Assembly (NCBI GenBank): GCA_021613535.1 | Contig: CP075494.1 | Coordinates: 10,912,001 to 10,976,000 of the forward strand | Source of the DNA: Adineta vaga | Taxonomy: Eukaryota; Animalia; Rotifera | DNA length: 64,000 bases | Direction: 5' to 3' | Shown here: positions 9,126-21,779 of the stretch, piece after piece | How positions within the stretch are numbered: position 1 is the stretch's first letter | How the letters are laid out: each line of letters opens with the position of its first letter | Notes under the pieces: model-generated | What the model was told of the DNA's origin: nothing | What the model saw: the letters and a program-made list of their open reading frames with translations, nothing else | The model's database searches: none | Program-made: the position numbers and the translations under genes

Positions 9126-9636
9126 TTTTTTCATTATCAAATATAAATAAAAAAGATAAGAGGGAGAATTGACAGTAGTGTCAAAATTGAACTTTATTTT
9201 AGAGAAGATTGTGTAAATATATTCAAAAACAATCAACATAGTATTAGAAAAATAAAAATAAAATCTATTTCTGAAAAAGTCTGGCAATTTAGCCATTTTT
9301 AAAATCACACGTCCAATAGTGTCAAGTCATAGTGTATTCAAATTGTCTTTTGTACATTTTATTACATCAAAGAGAGTGATCTTTCAGTGTGAACGGGCGT
9401 TGCTTTAAAACAGAATTATTGCATTACATATTTTTGTTTGTTTGGCGTCTAAATATATCTTCGAACAGCATCGTGGTCGCGTCTGTGGCACAGAAAAATA
9501 TGCATAACTATATCTCTTTCTTCATTTGTGACCGTTTGACCTTATTTATTATTATATAAAGAGGCAAATAAGCGAGAGAAAAAAGAAGTTTAGACTACAA
9601 TTCATATCTATTAAAATAATTACACAAAGTATAAGA

Positions 9637-11082
9637 ATGATCGTTGATAGACAAATAATAATAGCTACTAGTTTTAGCTTATTGATTACATTTATGTTGT
9701 ATACCGTTTTGAATGAGAAACGAGCGAGCAACTCGCTTTTTCAACATATCGTTGCTGATACTGTGCATTATTGTTCCTTATCTTTACCCTATTTTATCAA
9801 TCAAAGACAAAGTATGTATTTTTGAAAGATAAATGTTCATATACAGTATTTTAATTGTTTAGATAATACATCCTATGTACTTTCTCTAAGTAAAAATGAC
9901 AAAGAAAGCATGTTCATTTTTCGTAGTTGTCCATTTTTCATTCTGGCATTGGTATGGTGCTTTGGTTCTAAAATAGTACCACGCTTATTATTAGGAATAT
10001 TGACAATGATTAATGTATGGTTGTTAGCTCGATGGAGCGACAATTTTCACTTTTGGTACCCAATAGATATATTCACTGTTTATTTTCTTGTATGGCAATT
10101 TAGTTATCTCATGTTTCAATGGTGTTACCATCAACTCTCATGGCCATTTCTAATTTTTTATCAAGCATCACTATGTATACTAATAGCTATTGGAGCATTC
10201 ATAATGTATGATTTAGTTTTTCGATATTTTTCAACAATTAATCTCGTTGTGATTTGGTTTGTTTGTTTCTACGATGTGTAAGTAAATTACATGCATTCAC
10301 GAAAGATATCTCATAAAACCTGTCAAACGCTTATTCGCACTGCTAGTCATATAATATGATAACACTTGATTACATAATCTGCAATGAATTCTTATGTTTA
10401 TATCTTAAAAAACATGGAGTAAAGCTATTTCTAATAGTGTATTATTTCTTTAAAGAAAAGTAATCCAATAATATTCGGTGTTCTGAACGAAAGAAATTGC
10501 TTCTGTGTCAAAAGTAACCTTATTCGCAGTATTGAAAGAAGTGTTTTTTTGTAAAGCTCCAAGACTTTCAGATTATCCCATTTTAGATAGCAATAATAAA
10601 TAACATTATAACGGAAGGTTTGTCTTCTCATCTTTATGTTTTTGATTTCATTTAGTTTTGCTTGTCTGCATATTCATGGTCGATTGCGTAATATGATGAA
10701 CAATAGTTCCATGAAGTGTTTAATGCCAACATGTCCAAAATTTCCAGTCTTTTGCTTTTATACACATGATATTGAAGATGAAATTGATATGGAAGATTGT
10801 TCAGCATTGGCTGATGGTGATTTTTTCATATACAATTTGCTTCTTCTTTGGTTATTATCACCATTAACATCAACAACAATACAGATATTGATACTTTTTG
10901 GTTTCACTATCAATATACAAATTGGTCTTATTCTCACCAATTGGATTGGATATCGTTGGAAAGTACGTCTAGTACCAGGCTATCCTCTTCCTGTAATCTT
11001 TGGTTCAGCATATGCTCTGATTATTGATTTTATTTTAAAAAGCTTAAATATTGATAATGTCAATACATCAGATTGTCTATGA
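9637..11082 (+). CDS. Divergent presenilin-like (A22/GxGD) intramembrane protease, 3 exons (9637-9811, 9863-10277, 10656-11082), ~338 aa
   Basis: Spliced product has FYDVFACLHIHGRLR (presenilin YDLVAVLCPKGPLR), ALADGDFFIY (LGLGDFIFY), IGLILT (IGLCLT) and VPGYPLPVIFG (LPALPISITFG). Confidence 0.8.
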
Positions 11083-11831
11083 AATAAAGTGATTTTGTTT
11101 GTTTGAATCTTATTTATTTGTTCATATATGATGCTAGTTATACCTTCTAACTGAAAAGTTTATCTTCGATACAAAAATCAGAAGATTCACATTTGATCAA
11201 TCTTTTCTGTATAAATACGCAAAAACAACAGAAGATGTTTCACACGAGTTTAACCAACTATATTTCAGTTGATTGTTATTATTAATAATAAAACAAAATA
11301 CGAGAAGAAACTGCTTCTGTTCGAACATCACAAGATATTATCAGTTGCAAATTGCAATATAGAATCTCAGACTAAAATGTTATTTCATCTGTATTATTGT
11401 TCTTTTTTCCACACCCACTCTCAAGATGGTAATCCAATTCATTTGGTTACTCTTTGAATATCGAGATGTTATCAGATCTGAATAACCAGAAGATACATAT
11501 TTGTCCAATATTCTGCTTTTCGTTTCTATTAGTATCATTTCAAACATTTTTTGTAATATAACTACAAAGTAAAAGTAGAACTTCGCGGATCTTTACCGGA
11601 CTGACAATAAGATCTTCATTTTATATGCAATGGTTTTCCGATGATTGCATCTGTTTTATCTTAGCAATCAACATTTATACCCGTCAACGGAAAGATATTG
11701 ACTGATGACAATGTTGTTATAGTTGAACTGCATTTTCACCTTAAAATAACGAAAATGAAATAAGAAAAGAAATATGTTGTTTTCATTATGAATTTGTTGA
11801 TAGAATGATTCCCGTTGTCCCGAAGGAGAAC

Positions 11832-12026
11832 GGGAGTGGACCAAACTCGACGGCACTGCAGTGTCGAGACGATCCGTGGCACAGGTCCGAGTGAACTCGG
11901 GTGATCCTGGCCCATGTCCAAAAATCTGCTTGAAAGAGCCTGGCCTCAATGAGACCAGCGCCGGCTTTCAAACCGACGAGAACAGATACTACACTTTGAT
12001 CTTAGCCGAAAAGGCCGAGAAGCGAT
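11832..12026 (-). ncRNA. U2: U2 snRNA, major type
   Basis: Full set of U2 motifs. Confidence 0.97.
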
Positions 12027-12174
12027 AACTAACAACAACATTTCCTTTCTCTTTTCTGCACTACGTCTGCACACATTTCACTTTTATTTTACATCGATGA
12101 AAACAGTCATCGAATTATTTCGTAATGAAACGAAATTACATTAGATTGTTTTTGCTCCGTTTTTCAATGAAAGA

Positions 12175-12282
12175 ATGTTGCTCTGGCAGATCAGTGTTAC
12201 CATCGATCCGCGTAATTTCGTCATCGCAACATGTGTTTGAACTAGTAAGATCATTTACCTCTTGGTGTAAGTTGTAATAAGT
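12175..12282 (-). ncRNA. SL RNA gene, class B
   Basis: Exon ACTTATTACAACTTACACCAAGAG (12282-12259) plus GTAAAT; intact 3' domain. Confidence 0.85.
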
Positions 12283-12416
12283 AACTTTATCTGGAGAGTG
12301 TGAAGAGAACGATATTGTTTTAGTCTATACATATCTGACGTCTGTAAAGAAAAGAAAAGAAGTGTAAAGTGCATGGACAAAGTAGATGTCGTGGATGTTT
12401 GATCATGGAGAAAGTT

Positions 12417-12521
12417 GCTTATTACAACTTACCAAGAGGTATATATCGAAAAAGATAAAATACATGTTGCGATGACGAAATCAAGCGGATCGATGGTAAC
12501 ATTGATCTGCCAGAGCAACAC
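12417..12521 (+). ncRNA. SL RNA gene, class A
   Basis: Exon 12417-12438 plus GTATAT; 105 nt. Confidence 0.92.
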
Positions 12522-12799
12522 TTCTCGTAATCAAATATAAATAAAAGAAAAAATATCAGGATTAGCTTATATTCATTAGTAATGCTTAAGAATGAGGGTG
12601 AATTTGGAGCACGTAATAAACGTCCACACCTATTACATCATCACTCGTTTTTATATTTGAAATGAATACCAAAGCATTTCATGAGATTATTTGAGAAAGG
12701 TTTTAGAATGGGTTCAGAGATAATGTGAGAATATTGGTAGAAAAATTTTGTGTCATTTTTATAAAACTGTTCGACGACAAAAATAAACTATCCAGGTGG

Positions 12800-15700
12800 A
12801 ACAAATCTACTTCTTTGACATCGATGTATAATTTTGAAGGTTAGTTTCATGAAAACTGAATCACTGGCTTTAATAGAATAGTTAATCCTCCAAATAATCC
12901 TAAAATTGTTGTTGTTGTATGTATATAATCATTTTCTTTACGAATAGTATATGAACAATAAATTGGAGCACATGCATGATAAAATAATGAATGAGATTTA
13001 TTTATCATCCATTCTTCGAGAAATAATTCATTAACAATACTTTGAATAAAAGCACCACGTCTGAAACGACTTATTTTCCATGAATCCATACCTATTTTAT
13101 TCATTGCATAGAATAGTAAGGATTCCAGGCATACTGGACCATAAAAACATTCAAGTGTTGATTGTAAGATTGCTTCAACTACTGAACATCCAATATTCCA
13201 TCCAGGTAGTACAAATATTTGTTTATCTGAAGTATCATAATAAATTCCATTTAATTCATTGCAATCACTTTGGGTTCCGCAAGAACATCCATCTTTCATT
13301 ATTACAATTGTTTGGTATAGTTGACATGAAGTTGAAAGAAATAAAAAATAGATACTATTACGTGAACGAATATCAGCTCTTGCATAATTACATTAATAGC
13401 AATACTCATCAAGAAACAAATACTCACGCCATGCTATACTGACAAATTCGCTTAACCAAATTCGATGAAATGTTTGCATTCAACAGATATTTTCTGACAA
13501 GGACACTGAAGTTGTGTTGAATACAATATCATTAACTTGTTATAATCACTTTCAACTAGATTGAAAAAAGAACTATATTGATAGGTCTATCTTGAGCGAT
13601 CATTTGATTCATTGTCATAGATTTTTAATCGTAATGTCCAATTTACAGAGCGATTGATCAAAACGATTATTAGTATCAAGCTTTTTCTCGATATATAATT
13701 TGTGAAAATTAACAAAAATTCAAATCGATAATGACTTACGATGATTCTCTTCTTGCACGTTGCTTGAGATGAATGATGTCTTGCGACATTTTAGTATTTC
13801 GATCAATTTACAAATAATGTTGATAGTGATTATGTATGCAATATTATTTTTCTTCTGATAAGTGAATGAACGAAATGAAGAATGACATTGTGGAAAATAA
13901 TTTGAATACGAAAGGGAGATATTCCAAGTGGAGCGATTGAGAAAGATATTGGAATTTTTGACTTATTCAAAAGTTGTTTTAACTTGTTGATACAATTGTA
14001 TTTGATCCAACATATCATTGATGATTTTAATACAGAATCAACTATGGAACAACTTCCATGTATTCCTTTAAGTTGCCAATCAAATTGAATATCTAGGCCA
14101 CTACTAACAAATCGATTGTCTAAATTACATGTTGAATCAATAACACAGTAACATTTGGTATTATTTTCGTTGAGAGAATATATTGGTTTCGTTCTTATTC
14201 TTAAAGAAGAATATTCATCATAGTAACGAAATAGTGATATGCTAGGATAAGTACTTAGATACATATTACTTACATATTGATTACTATGAAGTAATGTTTT
14301 CGTCAAAGATATTTGATAGATAAACTCAGTCTTAATTAGACAAATTTCGATATTACCATATCTAAAGTATTTCAAGGAAGTATACTTTGGTACCACCATG
14401 GTTGAATAAAATCACTCGAACAAATTTGATGATATTTCATTTGTATGTTGATAAAATCTTCATATGGAATAGATATTTGTGTACAAGAACATCTTAATGT
14501 ACATGAATAGTTTTCTTTCAATACTTGACATATTTCGTTAGATGGATTTGCAAAGATCTCACTAATCGATTTAACTGTTAGATTTTAATGAATAATAATG
14601 GTATACATATCGAAAAAACTAATAAAATTAGATACAATCGTGTGGATAAACGGCCACGATAAATAAGTATTGGATCATGTGTATTTTTATGATATAGATT
14701 GAATTCCATCAGTTGATCTTTGGTTTTCATAATTATATTTTTCAAACAATATAAAACAACTTTCATCTAAAATAATGTATTTATTCATGATTACACATAG
14801 TGTGGTGACATATAGTACTAGTAATAATCCTCCACAAAGACCGGTCAAAGTTGTCAACACATATAGCCAATTAAATCGATGCATAAAATAATAGCTATAA
14901 CCATTTGACAAGCATATTAAATAGTATTCTTCATAGTTTGTTTCATTTAAAATTTCTTCAATGAAAAGTGCTTTGAGCAGTGATTGAATTGTTGTTGTTG
15001 TTGAATGGAAGCGACTTGTTTGATAAGATGAGAGAAGAAGATTTAAACATGATTGCTAAAACCAGCATACATTCTAATATTGATGCAAATGTCATTTGTA
15101 GTGATAAACTTTCATTTGATTCAATTTTGTTCATATCATAAATATTAAATTGTTTCGTCATATCAGACAAATAAAGATTACCAGGTGAGGGACATGAACA
15201 ACGTATAGCAGAGCGTTTTTTGTATATATTTGTTTCCAAATATACCAGAGTATAAAGATACTTTAATTGAACTTTCGTTTCCGTGTGATTTCATCTGTTG
15301 TGACAATCCAAACTGTTTTGTAAAAAGAATATAATTTGTTCCCAATCCGGTTATCATTTGATTTACTTGGATCATTCTATCAATAAATGCTATTGATTGA
15401 ATAAGATCAATCGGTTGTCGTCCAATATGCATTCTGATGAAATCACGGTACTGTTTTCACAAATTTCTCATATGGAATAGAAATTTCTGTACATGAACAT
15501 TGTAAACTATCGGAATAGCTCTTCTATAAATCTTGATAAACAGAATAAGTTGGATATGGAACTGATTCATTGTTATTATGTAAAAATGAGTAAGATATAT
15601 GTTATTAGAATAGTGATAGAAATACTTATTGCAATTAAGATTGACACGTATCAGTGTATTATTAAAGTTTTTTTCCAATCAAAGTCATATGTGATAAATC
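12800..15700 (-). pseudogene. Fragmented gene for a large Cys-rich membrane protein with an internal two-fold repeat
   Basis: Short ORF pieces in shifting frames share motifs (CSC, G.CS.V...L.S..[EI]C, T..GL.GGL twice); stops and frameshifts are not obviously explained by introns. Confidence 0.6.
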
Positions 15701-16162
15701 TCAAAACTTACTCAACGAATACGACAAAAATTATTTATTACTTCTAGGTCGTCTTTTCATCAAACTTTAAATAGGTCTTCAATACATAGCAGCAATTGTT
15801 TAGTCGTCTCTAAAAAATCATACCTATACAGTGAAATGGATCACGTTGATATTTCAACGAAAATTATCAAGCATGTAGTCATGATGACAACGTGTTCCCC
15901 ACGAAAATCATGTATCAAGACAGAAAACTTTGGAAGAGTAGATTCTCAACAATAGATTCTTCATTGATTAATTTACTTCAAATAATACTTTTGATTTCAA
16001 ATATCATGCAGACCAAAGGCACACAAAAATAACTCTTGAGGTGTATAAAGTTTACCGGAAAAACCATCTTCAAAATCTAACTGCCGCTTTAATCGTATCC
16101 CACTCTTTCAACCACCAGAATCATAATCTGTCAATTCTCTCTCTTATATTTTATTATTAGAA

Positions 16163-16267
16163 GTGTTGCTCTGGCAGATCAATGTTACCATCGATCCGCT
16201 TGATTTCGTCATCGCAACATGTATTTTATCTTTTTCGATATATACCTCTTGGTAAGTTGTAATAAGC
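16163..16267 (-). ncRNA. SL RNA gene, class A
   Basis: Exon 16267-16246 plus GT; 105 nt. Confidence 0.92.
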
Positions 16268-16401
16268 AACTTTCTCCATGATCAAACATCCACGACATCT
16301 ACTTTGTCCATGCACTTTACACTTCTTTTCTTTTCTTTACAGACGTCAGATATGTACAGACTAAAACAATATCGTTCTCTTCACACTCTCCCGATAAAGT
16401 T

Positions 16402-16509
16402 ACTTATTACAACTTACACCAAGAGGTAAATGATCTTACCAGATCAAACACATGTTGCGATGACGAAATTACGCCGATCGATGGTGACATTGATCAGCCA
16501 GAGCAACAT
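16402..16509 (+). ncRNA. SL RNA gene, class B
   Basis: Exon 16402-16425 plus GTAAAT. Confidence 0.85.
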
Positions 16510-16657
16510 TCTTTCATTGAAAAATGGAGCAAAAACAATCTAATGTAATTTCGTATCATTACGAAATAATTCGATGACTGTTTTCATCGATGTAAACCAA
16601 AAGTGAAATGTGTTTAGACACGGTGCAGAAAAGAGAAAAGAAATGTTGTTGTTAGTT

Positions 16658-16852
16658 ATCGCTTCTCGGCCTTTTCGGCTAAGATCAAAGTGTAGTATCT
16701 GTTCTCGTCGGTTTGAAAGCCGGCGCTGGTCTCATTGAGGCCAGGCTCTTTCAAGCAGATTTTTGGACATGGGCCAGGATCACCCGAGTTCACTCGGACC
16801 TGTGCCACGGATCGTCTCGACACTGCAGTGCCGTCGAGTTCGGTCCACTCCC
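16658..16852 (+). ncRNA. U2: U2 snRNA, major type
   Basis: Full set of U2 motifs. Confidence 0.97.
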
Positions 16853-17479
16853 GTTCTCCTTCGGGACAACGGGAATCATTCTATCAACAAATTCATAATG
16901 AAAACAACATATTTCTTATCTTATTTCATTTTCGTTATTTTAAAGTGAAAATGCAGTTCAACTATAACAACATTGTCATCAGTCAATATCTTTCCGTTAA
17001 CGGGCATTAATGTTGATTGCTAAGATAAAACAGATGCAATCATCGGAAAACCGTTGTATATAAAATGAAGATCTTATTGTCAGTCCGGTAAAGATCCACG
17101 AAGTTTTAGTTTTACTTTGTAGCTCTATTAGAAGAAATGTTTGAAATGATACTAATAGAAACGAAAAGCGGAATATTGGAAAGATACTTATCTATTGGTT
17201 ATTCAGATCTGATAACGTCTCAATATTCAAAGGACTAACAAATGAATTGGATTACCATCTTGAGGGTGGGTTTGGAAAAAAGAACAATAATACAGATGAA
17301 ATAACATTTTAGTCTGAGATTCTATATTGCAATTTGCAACTGATAATATCTTGTGATGTTCGAACAGAAGCAGTTTCTTCTCGTATTTTGTTTTATTATT
17401 AATAATAACAATCAACTGAAATATAGTTGGTTAAACCCGTGTGAAACATCTTCTGTTGTTTTTGCGTATTTATACAGAA

Positions 17480-17689
17480 CCCAAGGGAGTGGATGAAAGT
17501 GTGGGTTAAAAGCATAGTCTCATGAACATCCACCCTCACCCACACCCTTAATGATATTTTCGCAAATTCGAAAGAACTTCGATCGCCTTCAAAAGACGAG
17601 ACTAGAGTTCGTTTTTCTTCTTATATTTAATACAATTTATAATATTTTGAAAAGCTTGCAAATTCTTATCAAAATAAATTCATTTGTTT
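17480..17689. other. 210-bp segment present only in the right arm of the inverted repeat; begins with a G/C-rich hairpin
   Basis: The left arm reads through the junction at ~11204; imperfect inverted repeat AAGGGAGTGGATGA / TCACCCACACCCTT. Confidence 0.75.
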
Positions 17690-17811
17690 AAGATTGATCA
17701 AATGTGAATCTTCTGATTTTTGTATTGAAGATAAACTTTTCAGTTAGAAGGTATAACTAGCATCATATATGAACAAATAAATAAGATTCAAACAAACAAA
17801 ATCACTTTATT

Positions 17812-19261
17812 TCATAGACAATCTAATGTATTGACATTATCAATATTTAAGCTTTTTAAAATAAAATCAATAATCAGAGCATATGCTGAACCAAAGATTA
17901 CAGGAAGAGGATAGCCTGGTACTAGACGTACTTTCCAATGATATCCAATCCAATCGGTGAGAATAAGACCAATTTGTATATTGATAGTGAAACCAAAAAG
18001 TATCAATATCTGTATTGTTGTTGATGTTAATGGTGATAATAACCAAAGAAGAACCAAATTGTACATGAGAAAGTCACCATAGGCCAATGCTGAGCAATCT
18101 TTCATATCTATTCCATCTTCAATATCATGTGAATAAAAGTGAAAGACTGGAAATTTTGGATATGTTGGCATTAAATACTTCATGGAACTGTTATTCATCA
18201 TATTACGCAATCGACCATGAATATGCAGACATGCAAAACTAAATAAAATCAAAAACATAAAGATGAGAAGACAAACATTCCGTTATAATGTTATTTATTA
18301 TTGCTATCTAATATGATCCCTTACTAGAAAAGTCTTTGAGCTTTACAAAAAAAAACTTCTTTCAATACTACGAATAAGGTTATTTTTGACACAGAAGCAA
18401 TTTCTTTCGTTCAGAACACCGAATATTATTGGATTACTTTTCTTTAAAGAAATCATACACTATTAGAAATGGCTTTACTCTATGCTTTTTCTAGATACAA
18501 ATATAAGAATTCATTGCAGATTATGTAATCAAGTGTTATCATATTATATGACTAGCAGTGCGAATAAGCGTTTGACAGGTTTTATGAGATATCTTTCGTG
18601 AATGCATGTAATTTACTTACACATCATAGAAACAAACAAACCAAATCACAACGAGATTAATTGTTGAAAAATATCGAAAAACTAAATCATACATTATGAA
18701 TGCTTCAATAGCTATTAGTATACATAGTGATGCTTGATAAAAAATTAGAAATGGCCATGAGAGTTGATGGTAACACCATTGAAACATGAGATAACTAAAT
18801 TGCCATACAAGAAAATATACAGTGAATATATCTATTGGGTACCAAAAGTGAAAATTGTCGCTCCATCGAGCTAACAACCATACATTAATCATTGTCAATA
18901 TTCCTAATAATAAGCGTGGTACTATTTTAGAACCAAAGCACCATACCAATGCCAGAATGAAAAATGGACAACTACGAAAAATGAACATGCTTTCTTTGTC
19001 ATTTTTACTTAGAGAAAGTACATAGGATGTATTATCTAAACAATTAAAATACTGTATATGAACATTTATCTTTCAAAAATACATACTTTGTCTTTGATTG
19101 ATAAAATAGGGTAAAGATAAGGAACAATAATGCACAGTATCAGCAACGATATGTTGAAAAAGCGAGTTGTTCGCTCGTTTCTCATTTAAAACAGTATACA
19201 ACATAAATGTGATCAATAAGCTAAAACTAGTAGCTATTATTATTTGTCTATCAACGATCAT
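17812..19261 (-). CDS. Divergent presenilin-like protease, second (inverted) copy, 3 exons
   Basis: Near-identical inverted copy of 9637-11082 with splice sites kept; second motif reads ALAYGDFLMY. Confidence 0.8.
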
Positions 19262-19769
19262 TCTTATACTTTGTGTAATTATTTTAATAGATATGAATTC
19301 TAGTCTAAACTTCTTTTTTCTCTCGCTTATTTGCCTCTTTATATAATAATAAATAAGGTCAAACGGTCACAAATGAAGAAAGAGATATAGTTATGCATAT
19401 TTTTCTGTGCTACAGACGCGACCACGATGCTGTTCGAAGATATATTTAGACGCCAAACAAACAAAAAAATGTAATGCAATAATTCTGTTTTAAAACAACG
19501 CCCGTTCACACTGAAAGATCACTCTTTTTGATTTAATAAAATGTACAACAGACAATTTGAATAAACTATGACGTGGCACTATTGGACGTGTGATTTTAAT
19601 AATGGCTAAATTGACAGACCTTTTCAGAAATAGATTTTATTTTTATTTTTCTAATACTATGTTGATTGTTTTTGAATATATTTACACAATCTTCTCTAAA
19701 ATAAAGTTCAATTTTGACACTACTGTCAATTCTCCCTCTTATTTTTTTATTTATATTTGATTATGAGAA

Positions 19770-19874
19770 TTGTTGCTCTGGCAGATCAATGTTACCATCG
19801 ATCCGCTTGATTTCGTCATCGCAACATGTATTTTATCTTTTTCGATATATACCTCTTGGTAAGTTGTAATAAGC
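19770..19874 (-). ncRNA. SL RNA gene, class A (empty-site paralogue of the interrupted gene)
   Basis: Exon 19874-19853 plus GTATATATCG; both flanks match those of 3936/9125. Confidence 0.92.
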
Positions 19875-19989
19875 AACTTTCTCCTTAGTCAAGGATCCAC
19901 GCCCTCTAGCGTGTCTCTACACTTTCTCTTTTTTTCTTTTCTTTTCTTTACATGCATCAGATATGTACAGAATATCATTGAATCAAGTT

Positions 19990-20097
19990 ACTTATTACAA
20001 CTTACACCAAGAGGTAAATGATCTTACTAGTTCAAACACATGTTGCGATGACGAAATTACGCGGATCGATGGCGACATTGATCAGCCAGAGCAACAT
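19990..20097 (+). ncRNA. SL RNA gene, class B
   Basis: Exon 19990-20013 plus GTAAAT. Confidence 0.85.
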
Positions 20098-20245
20098 TCT
20101 TTCATTGAAAAACGGAGCAAAAACAATCTAATGTAATTTCGTTTCATTACGAAATAATTCGATGACTGTTTTCATCGATGTAAACTAAAAGTGAAATGTG
20201 TGCAGACGTAGTGCAGAAAAGAGAAAGGAAATGTTGTAGTTAGTT

Positions 20246-20440
20246 ATCGCTTCTCGGCCTTTTCGGCTAAGATCAAAGTGTAGTATCTGTTCTCGTCGGT
20301 TTGAAAGCCGGCGCTGGTCTTATTGAGGCCAGGCTCTTTCAAGCAGATTTTTGGACATGGGCCAGGATCACCCGAGTTCACTCGGACCTGTGCCACGGAT
20401 CGTCTCGACACTGCAGTGCCGTCGAGTTCGGTCCACTCCC
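20246..20440 (+). ncRNA. U2: U2 snRNA, major type
   Basis: Full set of U2 motifs. Confidence 0.97.
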
Positions 20441-21168
20441 GTTCTCCTTCGGGACAACGGGAATCATTCTATCAACAAAGTCAAAATGAAAACAGAAAAC
20501 ACCTTGCGAAGAACTTCTTTTGTTGAGAAATACAAATTGCTATCATAATTGCTCGTCGTCCATTGTTTCCTTTTCCATTAAAGCAAAGTTCGTTACTGTT
20601 ATGAGAAAAATGAAATTTAATTCTTCAAGTCTCGTCTCGAATCATCATTTTGAATCAGAATCTTGTCAATAGAAAGATACGATTCTTTTTCTTTCGGAAT
20701 ATAGTTGAATATTTCGATGTTTGAAAAATAGAAAACTAAAATCGGAAATCCTATCTCTTCTCATTAATGGTGAATCGAAATGTAGGAACTTCGAAGATTG
20801 ATTTATAATGAATCGTAGATATGCTGTTAATATACGATTATCTCGACTCATCTAACTTTGATAATTGTAACATAAATATGATTGAATATCGTTAATATAT
20901 ATACATATTGGGCTTTCCAGTCATTTGTGTTTCAATGATGTGCAGATAATGAATTTTTCTCTCGTACTACTTTCTCTCATGTGCTTATTAAAAGGAACTT
21001 AGGAAGAGACAAGAGATTTCACAGGCTTCAAACGGAATCATAGCAATGATCTGTTAAAAGAGTACTATTCTGCATCCAAGTTTCCTGATGCAATAATGTA
21101 AGAAAATAAGTATATTTGATTTTCATTATGTTTTTCGTAAGATGATTCCCGTTATCCCGAAGGAGAAC

Positions 21169-21364
21169 GGGAGTGGACCAAACTCGACGGCACTGCAGTG
21201 TCGAGACGATCCATGGTCCGGGTCCAAGTGTAACTCGGATGATCCCGACCGATGTCCAAAAATCTGCTTGAAAGAGCCTGGCCTCAATGAGACCAGCGCC
21301 GGCTTTCAAACCGACGAGAACAGATACTACACTTTGATCTTAGCCGAAAAGGCGCAGAAGCGAT
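21169..21364 (-). ncRNA. U2: U2 snRNA, variant type
   Basis: Same variant as 2242-2437. Confidence 0.93.
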
Positions 21365-21538
21365 AACTAACTACAACATTTCCTTTCTCTTTTCTGCACT
21401 ACGTCTGCACACCTTTCATTTCTAATTGATGGGACATGAGTCACTGATTGATTTTCGTAATATCGTGACGAAGAAATACACTGTTACGTAATTACGAATG
21501 ATGATTGTTATTGCTTCATTTACATTAGTTTGATTAAA

Positions 21539-21647
21539 GCGTTGCTCTGGCAGATTGGTGTAAGACACCAATCCGCATTTTATCGTCATCGCAACATGTC
21601 TGTGATCTAGTGAGATCATTTACCTCTTGGTGTAAGTTGTAATGAGC
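21539..21647 (-). ncRNA. SL RNA gene, class C
   Basis: Copy of 2610-2718. Confidence 0.83.
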
Positions 21648-21779
21648 AACTTTCGTCGATGATGTGAAGAAAACGATGTTTCTCCAGTCCGTAGACATCT
21701 GATGTATGTAAAAGAAAGAAAAAAGAGAAAAGCGTAATGACAGAAGAGTTGGGGTTCTCGGTGGAAAAAGAAGAAAGTT

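Larger units (their letters stand above)
3340..20470. repeat. Large inverted duplication: left arm ~3340-12530 (including the 5.1 kb insertion), right arm ~16160-20470, unique spacer ~12530-16160
   Basis: 9051-12521 is the reverse complement of 16163-19847; 3860-3960 matches 19850-19950. Confidence 0.88.
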
